This document shows, piece by piece, positions 25,523-32,000 of a DNA stretch of 32,000 nt. Under the pieces are notes generated by a model. It was given only the letters and a program-made list of their open reading frames with translations, was not told where the DNA came from and ran no database searches. Both the position numbers and the translations under genes were made by a program. Source of the DNA: Candidatus Saccharimonadota bacterium (lineage in GTDB: Bacteria; Patescibacteriota; Saccharimonadia; Saccharimonadales; Saccharimonadaceae). Numbering within the stretch: position 1 is the first letter of the stretch; each line of letters starts with the position of its first letter. The DNA lies in NCBI GenBank assembly GCA_016700015.1, contig CP064995.1, positions 60,001 through 92,000 of the forward strand, in the 5' to 3' direction.

Positions 25523-26799
25523 AGCACCGCCTCAACTTTTGTGCGCTTTCCGAGCTCGCGCCGGATAGCAAGCATTGCCGTGTACGTACAGTAAATTCGT
25601 TTCGGTTTGTCCATGTAACTATCGATCAAAAAGGCTAGTCCAGTGGCCAAATTCTCATCGACCTGGCGAAAATCCACCTCATCATATTGGAGCCGAAGGG
25701 CCATGTCGTAGGCGCGCACTCCACTAACCACACTGACACCTGTTTCTTTCAAGCTCGTGAAGTCAACATCCCACAGCCAGCTCATGTCACGGCCATCAGC
25801 ATAGTTGTCGTTAATTGCGATCATTGTTGCGTACCCATCTGGGTCAAATGATTTGAGGCTAAGACGAAAGCCAGCAGGGTTTTTTACGAGTACTAGTTCA
25901 CAAGCATTGCCGTTTATCGTCACTGATTCTCCACGACCAAATGCTGGCGTGACTGACTTTAGGGCAGCCAGCATGGCTGGTTCATCAAGATTATCAGCCA
26001 TAATCATTCGGGTAAGAGCCACGGCGCCGACGGCGTTTTGGACATTATATATTCCATTGAGCGCTAAGTCGATCGCATGATGTTTGCCATCGTAACTAAT
26101 AACTGCATGAGTGCCGTCTATCGAGTCAAGGTTGACATCATCAATTTTTGAGCCTGTCATGCCGGTTGGGGAAGACGCCTCGTGAAGTTGATCGTCAGAA
26201 GGGAAATGTGTGAGCAGGTCGGCGTGTACTCCATATGTACGCACTGGGACAGAGATCGCTTTTGTAAATGACGGATTACCGAGCCGGGGGTCATCACGAT
26301 TAATTACTACGCCGCCCTTTGTATGCAAGGCGACGGTGCGTAAGAGCTCTGCTGTCTTGTCAATTTCTCCAAAGCGATCGAGTTGGTCGCGCATGACATT
26401 GAGGAAGAGGCAGTAGGTTGGAGCTATCGACTGAGCAAAAAGTACGGCATAGGCTTCGTCAAGCTCGAGAACGGCAATATCAGCATGGAGTTTGCCTCCT
26501 GCGTCGACTTCACCAAGCAGGGCTGCTGCAACGCCTCGGGTAAAGTTGCTACCAGTTCGGTTGGTGAATACGCAGAGGCCTTGGCTTTCGAGAAGTTCAA
26601 CAACCATTTTAGTTGTTGTCGTTTTGCCATTGGTACCGCTAATGACGATAATACCACGAGGGAGTTGCATGAGTGTGCGGCGAATATAGCCTGGGTCAAT
26701 TTTTTCAACGAAAAGCCCAGGTAGCGCTGAGCCCCCACCGCGCAGCTGCGCCAGTGAGCGTACCCCTTTGCCGAGAACAGTCGTAAATGCTTGCTGCAT
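25519..26799 (-). CDS. murT: Lipid II isoglutaminyl synthase, Mur-ligase-like subunit MurT
   Basis: P-loop ISGTNGKTTTT and a DUF1727-type C-terminus (INDNYADGRDMSWLWDVDF). The start is either the track GTG at 26817 or, as I prefer, ATG 26799, which has TATACT 6 nt upstream. Confidence 0.85.
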   Translation of the reverse strand: MQQAFTTVLGKGVRSLAQLRGGGSALPGLFVEKIDPGYIRRTLMQLPRGIIVISGTNGKTTTTKMVVELLESQGLCVFTNRTGSNFTRGVAAALLGEVDAGGKLHADIAVLELDEAYAVLFAQSIAPTYCLFLNVMRDQLDRFGEIDKTAELLRTVALHTKGGVVINRDDPRLGNPSFTKAISVPVRTYGVHADLLTHFPSDDQLHEASSPTGMTGSKIDDVNLDSIDGTHAVISYDGKHHAIDLALNGIYNVQNAVGAVALTRMIMADNLDEPAMLAALKSVTPAFGRGESVTINGNACELVLVKNPAGFRLSLKSFDPDGYATMIAINDNYADGRDMSWLWDVDFTSLKETGVSVVSGVRAYDMALRLQYDEVDFRQVDENLATGLAFLIDSYMDKPKRIYCTYTAMLAIRRELGKRTKVEAVL

Positions 26800-26805
26800 A
26801 TACTT

Positions 26806-26811
26806 AGTATA
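26806..26811 (-). promoter_or_regulatory. -10 box TATACT, 6 nt upstream of the murT ATG 26799
   Basis: The reverse complement reads TATACT-aagtat-ATG. Confidence 0.4.
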
Positions 26812-26843
26812 GCGCACCCATGGTGTATTGAAGCAGGCTAGCG

Positions 26844-26849
26844 TACAAT
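26844..26849 (+). promoter_or_regulatory. -10 box TACAAT, 6 nt upstream of ATG 26856
   Basis: TACAAT-agggct-ATG, with no Shine-Dalgarno. Confidence 0.45.
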
Positions 26850-26855
26850 AGGGCT

Positions 26856-27239
26856 ATGGTTATTGTGGGCCTGGTCTGTTGGTGGTATAGCGCAGGATGG
26901 AAGCGTCGTATTGAGGTAGCCAAGGAGCAATTTGTTAGTCTGTACGATTACTTCTCAATTGATTTACTGGTGCGCACGTGGTTTTCGCCCTTTCGTCAAA
27001 TTTCAGCTGGTACGGTGCGGGGTCCGCTCGGCATTCAGTTGAGAGCATGGTTTGACCGACTGATCTCACGGGCTGTTGGTGGTGTTATACGTACTATCGT
27101 CATCATTTTTGGCGTTGTTACACTAGCACTCTCATTTCTGGTTGGTATTCTGACGGTTATTATATGGGCGCTTATACCCATGTGCCCTATTATTGGTGTT
27201 GGTCTGATGTTGGCGGGATGGATTCCATGGCACATTTAG
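26856..27239 (+). CDS. Small hypothetical membrane protein (127 aa), coupled to the Clp-like ATPase
   Basis: Hydrophobic N-terminus and two C-terminal TM helices. TACAAT lies 6 nt upstream of the ATG. The 3' end overlaps the next gene by 13-22 nt. Confidence 0.55.
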   Translation: MVIVGLVCWWYSAGWKRRIEVAKEQFVSLYDYFSIDLLVRTWFSPFRQISAGTVRGPLGIQLRAWFDRLISRAVGGVIRTIVIIFGVVTLALSFLVGILTVIIWALIPMCPIIGVGLMLAGWIPWHI

Positions 27240-29668
27240 ACTACGATTATCACTTGCTAAGGGCTCAAAAGGCTAGGCTTTTGATAAGGCTTGGCGCTGG
27301 CATGGTTACCATGCTCGCCTGGTTGTGTGGGGTAATGGTAGTTGGCGGCATAGGCCTGCTAGTCATAGCACAGCCTGTTGGTTGGCTCGTACTCGGGTTT
27401 GCCGCACTGCCATATATGGTGGTTACATGGTTTTATCATGACCTCCGTCATTTACCAACCGGGAAGGGCGATACAGTGACAGACATTTTGTCTGGCGATA
27501 TTCTTGGACAACTGCCAGCAAAGCCAACACCGCTTGATATCGCCAATGCGACGGGGCGTACGGTGAGTGGTCAGTTTATGACGATACGATTTGGTATTAC
27601 ACCAACAATGCTCCAGTCACTCGCTAGTAATGATCCGGCCGCTATGCAACAATTTTGGCAGGTGGCTGATCTGGTGCGAGCGAAAAATGGTTTGCAACAT
27701 ATCACGGGTAGCGTGCTCGCGGTTGCCCTAATGCGAAGCTTTGCGGACTATGAAAGTCTGATCGCTCAAATTCATCTTGACGACAACGACCTAGACAGGG
27801 GTATACAGTGGCAGGATCACCTTCGTCAGCTAATTGCAAAACATACTTCCCCAAGGCGTACGGGCGGAATTGCACGAGACTGGTCATTTGGCTACATCCC
27901 GCTCTTGACACGATTTGGTCATAATATCAGCGAACAGATCGGTCGAGGGAGTGGCATTTTAACGGTTGACGTGGCTTCTCACACGCAAGCGATCGATCTG
28001 CTGATCGACACTTTTAGTACAGGGGGGCGCCAGAACGCAGTACTTGTCGGTAGCGAAGGCGCTGGTAAAACAACAATCATCCATGCCTTTGCTGAGCGCT
28101 TGCTCGATGCGAATGCTGATCTACCCGACACACTCAAGTTTCGCCAAGTGTTCATTCTTGATTCAGCGGCTCTTATTGGCGCGGCACCTGGGCGTGGTGA
28201 ATTGGAAGAGTTGGTGATGCGCGTGCTAGGCGAGGCTTATAGCGCAAAAAATATTATCATTTGTCTCGACAATGCTCAGTTGTTTTTTGAAGAAGGTATT
28301 GGAGCGGTAGATCTATCAAATGTATTGCAGCCGATCCTGGATGCTGGTAACCTGAGGGTCATTTTATCCATGGATGAACAGCGCTATCTACAGATTAGTC
28401 AGCGAAATGCTACGCTTGTTAATTCGCTTAATCGTATCAATGTGGCACCCGCCGATCAGACCGAAACGATGGTCGTGATGCAGGAGCAGTTGATTTACAC
28501 TGAAATCCAAAGACACGTTACCTACATGTACCAAGCGCTCAAAGAAGCTTACCGGCTTGGTGAGCGTTATGTTTATGATCTTGCGATGCCCGGTCGAGCG
28601 ATTCGTCTACTTGAAAGTGCGGCTGCGTACCACGAAAATGGGATCGTCACTATGAACTCGGTGCAGCAAGCAATCGAAAAAACACTTGACGTAAAGGTGA
28701 GTGTGGCAAGTGCGGCCGAAGATCGTGAGAAGTTACTTAATTTGGAAGAGCTAATTCATAAACGCATGGTCAATCAGTCGCGAGCGGTTAGTGTAGTTAG
28801 TGATGCACTGCGACGAGCGAGAGCGGGTGTGCGTAATCAAGATCGCCCAATAGGCACCTTTCTTTTTCTAGGTCCAACGGGTGTTGGTAAGACGGAACTT
28901 TCAAAAGCACTCGCCGATGTCTATTTTGGCGGTGAAAATCGCATTGTACGGCTTGATCTCAACGAATTTGTGCGTGCCAGCGATGTGGCGAGGCTAATCG
29001 CTGATGGCGCAACAGATGCATCTAGCCTAACGGCACAAATGATGAAGCAACCATTTAGTGTTGTTTTGCTCGATGAAATCGAAAAAGCGGCGCCAGAAGT
29101 TCTAGCCACGCTACTACAGATGCTCGACGAGGGCATACTTCGTGACGAGAAAAACCGTGAGATCAGCTTTAGAGATGCAATCGTTATTGCTACTAGTAAT
29201 GCGGGTGCGGATCGAATTCGTGAGTATATTGAACGGGGCTATGAGGTTGCGCAATTTGAGACAGATTTTGTGAATGAGCTTATTTCTACCAACCAGTTCC
29301 GTCCTGAATTTCTTAATCGCTTCGACGAGATTGTTGTGTTTCGACCCTTCACCAAGGAGGAGCTGGTGCAAGTGCTCGATCTTATCCTCGCCGGTGTTAA
29401 TAAAACACTGGCCGCACAAAAAGTCTCGGTCAGTGTAGCGGCTGAAGCCAAGCAATTGCTTGTTGAAAAAGGATATGATCCACGATTGGGTGCTAGGCCT
29501 ATGCGCAGGGTTGTGCAAAAGGCGGTTGAGAATACTGTTGCAAAGCAAATGCTCAGCGGTCAGGTAAAGCCTGGAGATACTGTCAACGTTACTTTGGCGC
29601 AGGTGAAGGAAATCTTTGACAAAGACAAAACCATAAAGCAGATAGTAGAGTCATCGAAGAATACATAG
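27227..29668 (+). CDS. Membrane-anchored double-AAA+ Clp/Hsp100-like ATPase (atypical)
   Basis: Two N-terminal TM helices. D1 has Walker A GSEGAGKTT and Walker B IIICLDNAQ. D2 has GPTGVGKTE, VVLLDEIEKA, IATSN, EFLNRFDE and GARPMRR. The start is ATG 27227 or 27218; the track start at 27164 is less likely. Confidence 0.8.
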   Translation: MAHLDYDYHLLRAQKARLLIRLGAGMVTMLAWLCGVMVVGGIGLLVIAQPVGWLVLGFAALPYMVVTWFYHDLRHLPTGKGDTVTDILSGDILGQLPAKPTPLDIANATGRTVSGQFMTIRFGITPTMLQSLASNDPAAMQQFWQVADLVRAKNGLQHITGSVLAVALMRSFADYESLIAQIHLDDNDLDRGIQWQDHLRQLIAKHTSPRRTGGIARDWSFGYIPLLTRFGHNISEQIGRGSGILTVDVASHTQAIDLLIDTFSTGGRQNAVLVGSEGAGKTTIIHAFAERLLDANADLPDTLKFRQVFILDSAALIGAAPGRGELEELVMRVLGEAYSAKNIIICLDNAQLFFEEGIGAVDLSNVLQPILDAGNLRVILSMDEQRYLQISQRNATLVNSLNRINVAPADQTETMVVMQEQLIYTEIQRHVTYMYQALKEAYRLGERYVYDLAMPGRAIRLLESAAAYHENGIVTMNSVQQAIEKTLDVKVSVASAAEDREKLLNLEELIHKRMVNQSRAVSVVSDALRRARAGVRNQDRPIGTFLFLGPTGVGKTELSKALADVYFGGENRIVRLDLNEFVRASDVARLIADGATDASSLTAQMMKQPFSVVLLDEIEKAAPEVLATLLQMLDEGILRDEKNREISFRDAIVIATSNAGADRIREYIERGYEVAQFETDFVNELISTNQFRPEFLNRFDEIVVFRPFTKEELVQVLDLILAGVNKTLAAQKVSVSVAAEAKQLLVEKGYDPRLGARPMRRVVQKAVENTVAKQMLSGQVKPGDTVNVTLAQVKEIFDKDKTIKQIVESSKNT

Positions 29669-29692
29669 CTCACGCAAACGTTGTAGTACCAA

Positions 29693-29701
29693 TGTTATAA
29701 T
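29693..29701 (+). promoter_or_regulatory. Extended -10 TGTTATAAT for the Zn-peptidase gene (leadered, AAGGAG Shine-Dalgarno)
   Basis: TGtTATAAT lies 24 nt upstream of ATG 29726, and the Shine-Dalgarno is at 29712..29717. Confidence 0.4.
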
Positions 29702-29725
29702 CAGTGTACATAAGGAGCGGATAAT

Positions 29726-30565
29726 ATGGCGAATTGGGATACGATTTCAGGTAATGGGGATGTTGAAGATAGGCGCGGTACAACGCCAGCTATTGCTTTT
29801 GCGGGTGGCGGTGGGCTAGTCGTGCTACTTTTGACACTTGGATTAAATTTTCTTGGCCTCAATATCCCTCAATCAACAGTAGAGGATGTTTTAAGCGGCG
29901 TACAAGCACTTGGCACTACTCAAGCTACGCCTCAGGAGCAAGCAACTGAATTCCGCGGCGTCGACTCTTACGAATTATTCACGAAGAAAGTACTAGGAAG
30001 CACGAACACACTTTGGGATGGGGTTTTTGCGCAAAACAATTTGTCGTACATTCATCCAAAACTTGTGCTATTTCGCCAGGCTACGCAGTCGGGCTGCGGC
30101 GTTGCCACAACACAGGTTGGACCGCATTTTTGCCCGAATGACAGCACGATCTACCTAGACGAAACATTCTTTGATGAACTTCATACTCGGTTTGGAGCTG
30201 ACACTGGTGAAGTCGCTCAAGCTTACGTGATTGCTCACGAGGTTGGACATAATGTTCAGAATCAACTCGGAGCTTTTGATAATCGTGTCGCCCAGACTCA
30301 GCAGGGTTCAGTGGCTATCGAACTACAAGCAGACTGTTATGCGGGGGTATGGGCGTATTCGATTGCAAAACAGGGTGTGTTTCAGGGTAATGAAATTGAG
30401 CAGGCACTCGGCGCGGCTGCTGCTGTTGGTGATGATCATATCCAGCAAGTCGAAACGGGATATACCAACCCAGAAACTTGGACACATGGAAGTAGCGCTG
30501 AGCGCGTAGCTGCTTTCACAAAAGGCTATACAACGGGCAAGCCTTCAACGTGTCAGGGCTTTTAG
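29726..30565 (+). CDS. Neutral zinc metallopeptidase, YpfJ family, N-terminal TM anchor
   Basis: HExxH motif in AYVIAHEVGHNVQNQLG with a downstream ELQADCYAG. An AAGGAG Shine-Dalgarno lies 8 nt upstream. Confidence 0.8.
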   Translation: MANWDTISGNGDVEDRRGTTPAIAFAGGGGLVVLLLTLGLNFLGLNIPQSTVEDVLSGVQALGTTQATPQEQATEFRGVDSYELFTKKVLGSTNTLWDGVFAQNNLSYIHPKLVLFRQATQSGCGVATTQVGPHFCPNDSTIYLDETFFDELHTRFGADTGEVAQAYVIAHEVGHNVQNQLGAFDNRVAQTQQGSVAIELQADCYAGVWAYSIAKQGVFQGNEIEQALGAAAAVGDDHIQQVETGYTNPETWTHGSSAERVAAFTKGYTTGKPSTCQGF

Positions 30566-30568
30566 CGG

Positions 30569-31165
30569 CTACTCATTGTTATCATCAAGATTGACTTTGA
30601 TTGTGACGTAGACAGGTGAAGCGCTTGATGGATTTTCAAGAGTTGCTGGCATGTCATTTGGTGTCGCGGTACCATAGATAATCGTATCTTGCCAGTCCTT
30701 AGGGACTACCGAAACGCGCACGTATTCGTTCTGTGTATTTTTAAAGTGAAGCTGGCGAGCCATCCCACCATAGATATCTTCAAATTGGCTAAAACCTGCT
30801 GCCTTAAGCTTGGTCGTAAGGTCGGCAAAGGTATTGGCGGTCGTATCATTATGCCCATATTCAACGGTCGAAGCGTAGGTTCGTGACTCGTCCCAACTAT
30901 AAATACGCTTGTCACCAAATACATCAGACTTTGCGACACGATATTCATCGCCCAGCTTTAGACTGTTATATATGCGCTCAATCCTATCTAGTCGAGACTT
31001 GTTGGTGTATGCGACCGATATGTTATGTATTGTGTAGGCACTGAGGCTAACAAGAATGAATAAAATAAATACGATAAATGCATAAACGACAACACTTTTT
31101 CTTAATAAAATGTGAGTATCGTTTGCCGAAAAGTGTTTTTTGCGGGTTAATTTTTTCTTTGCCAT
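30569..31165 (-). CDS. Hypothetical membrane-anchored protein (198 aa)
   Basis: The likely start is Met41 (ATG 31165), giving MAKKKLTRKK plus a TM helix, with an AAGGGGG Shine-Dalgarno-like element upstream. The extracytoplasmic domain has no recognised motif. Confidence 0.5.
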   Translation of the reverse strand: MAKKKLTRKKHFSANDTHILLRKSVVVYAFIVFILFILVSLSAYTIHNISVAYTNKSRLDRIERIYNSLKLGDEYRVAKSDVFGDKRIYSWDESRTYASTVEYGHNDTTANTFADLTTKLKAAGFSQFEDIYGGMARQLHFKNTQNEYVRVSVVPKDWQDTIIYGTATPNDMPATLENPSSASPVYVTIKVNLDDNNE

Positions 31166-31313
31166 GTAGCTATTTGCCCCCTTACTATTACCATAGTCGT
31201 TATGAAGGTAATATGCAACTGGTAGTTGTGCACAATGGGGCAATACCTCCACTTGTACCAATTTAGTGCAACGCACCAAGGACATTATGCACCACTATGG
31301 TATGATAGGGTGA

Positions 31314-31319
31314 TATAAC
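31314..31319 (+). promoter_or_regulatory. -10-like TATAAC, 7 nt upstream of the small-ORF ATG 31327
   Basis: TATAAC-agattgg-ATG. Confidence 0.3.
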
Positions 31320-31326
31320 AGATTGG

Positions 31327-31419
31327 ATGAAAATGGCTAAACACCGCAACTGGCATAGTGCCGATATCAAGCGCAAATTGAAAAAGAAACTCAGAGCAAT
31401 TAAGAAGAAACGAGCCTAG
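31327..31419 (+). CDS. Candidate small basic protein (30 aa, MKMAKHRNWHSADIKRKLKKKLRAIKKKRA)
   Basis: Not in the ORF track because it is too short. TATAAC (31314..31319) lies 7 nt upstream of ATG 31327, the same geometry as other gene starts here. The sequence is strongly Lys/Arg-rich. Confidence 0.3.
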   Translation: MKMAKHRNWHSADIKRKLKKKLRAIKKKRA

Positions 31420-31546
31420 CTGCTCATTTCTTATATGGCTACCAACGCACGTCGTCGGCCTAGACGTTTGGCGGAGAGGCTTCAAGGCTCCCGACTGGTA
31501 AAGTCGACATGTGTCGCAAGTGACATGCAAAACAGATGGAACCTGC

Positions 31547-31552
31547 TATGAT
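31547..31552 (+). promoter_or_regulatory. -10 box TATGAT, 6 nt upstream of ATG 31559
   Basis: TATGAT-tgaact-ATG, with no Shine-Dalgarno. Confidence 0.45.
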
Positions 31553-31558
31553 TGAACT

Positions 31559-32000
31559 ATGGATAACAAAACTTTAACTGCCCTGAATGGTGTTCGTGTT
31601 GGACATGCAACACACCTAGACAAACTGACAGGCTGTACTGTAATTCTTTTTGATAAGCCATACCAAGTCGCTTACAAAGCCTACGGAGGAGCTGTCGGCG
31701 CATATGGAACAGAGGCAGTTAGGGCAGAGAAGACGAACTACGGTCAAGATGGCATTTTCATTGCTGGCGGCAGCAACACCGGCCTAATGTCGGCAAGCGA
31801 AATTATGGAGTGCCTACGCCGCGATCAAAAAGGCTCGCGCTCCGGCAAGGACAAGCAGATCTTCAACCCGTCGATAACAGGCGCAATTGTCTATGATCAG
31901 GGTATGAATGTAGCGCTATACGACCCCGTGTACGGACGCGAGGCATATGAAAACGCCGGCAAAGATCCAGTGCTAAGCGGTAATGTTGGTGCAGGTACTG
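31559..32000 (+). CDS. P1/S58 family peptidase (DmpA/L-aminopeptidase-like), C-terminus cut by window edge
   Basis: I translated this frame by hand and it stays open from ATG 31559 to the window end. It reads MDNKTLTALNGVRVGHATHLDKLTGCTVILFD...GNVGAGT, typical of DmpA/S58. TATGAT lies 6 nt upstream. Confidence 0.75.
   Translation, partial: MDNKTLTALNGVRVGHATHLDKLTGCTVILFDKPYQVAYKAYGGAVGAYGTEAVRAEKTNYGQDGIFIAGGSNTGLMSASEIMECLRRDQKGSRSGKDKQIFNPSITGAIVYDQGMNVALYDPVYGREAYENAGKDPVLSGNVGAGT

Noticed and set aside
31506-31515. GACAtgTGTC, a third GACA-N2-TGTC core, lies 44 nt upstream of the S58 peptidase start.
   Set aside because: Only 8 fixed bases match and the outer T/A are missing. Roughly 0.5 such matches are expected by chance in the window. 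It also lies upstream of, not downstream of, the -10 box.
31285-31530. 81-aa minus-strand ORF in the gap between 31165 and 31559.
   Set aside because: It has no -10 box or Shine-Dalgarno at its start and no recognisable features. It overlaps plus-strand small ORFs that do have the local promoter geometry. It is probably spurious.
1-32000. I searched for CRISPR arrays, IS elements or transposases, integrases, phage genes, toxin-antitoxin pairs, restriction-modification genes and rRNA.
   Set aside because: I saw no direct-repeat/spacer periodicity, no terminal inverted repeats flanking an ORF and no DDE, tyrosine or serine recombinase motifs. Every large ORF is accounted for by housekeeping or envelope functions or by orphan membrane proteins.

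Overview
Gene-dense window (over 90% coding, mid-40s to ~50% GC by eye). It has tiny intergenic gaps, many overlapping stop/start codons, and no rRNA, CRISPR array, transposase, integrase or prophage genes. The gene content is a Gram-positive-type type IV pilus operon (pilB-pilC-pilM-pilN-pilO), sortase plus subtilisin, MurT/GatD peptidoglycan amidation, tandem GT39 glycosyltransferases and a truncated TsaB. This points, by inference only, to a reduced Saccharibacteria (TM7)/Patescibacteria-like genome. I call 36 CDS (2 cut by window edges, 1 short unlisted ORF), one tRNA-Pro(UGG), and a set of promoter-like elements. Housekeeping genes are PBP1A, ruvA, ruvB, recA, recX, tsaE, tsaB, rny, NUDIX, bcp, murT, gatD, a YpfJ-type Zn peptidase and an S58/DmpA peptidase. 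Main second-look items: (1) A recurrent TAnnnT -10 box sits 6-8 nt upstream of the ATG at most transcription-unit starts. This predicts leaderless mRNAs and changes about 8 start codons in the ORF track. (2) A 13-nt palindrome, TGACAG-N-TGTCAG, occurs twice, each time just downstream of a -10 box (rny and the subtilisin gene). (3) A membrane-anchored double-AAA+ Clp/Hsp100-like protein appears to lack both pore-loop tyrosines and the D1 Walker-B Glu and Arg finger. It is translationally coupled to a small membrane protein. (4) PBP1A carries a triple Cys-bracketed C-terminal repeat. (5) The pilus operon ends in a coupled PRC-barrel protein. (6) MurT has no Cys4 zinc ribbon. (7) All 7 convergent gene junctions have 8 nt or less between stops. 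All motif alignments were done by eye and no database search was possible.
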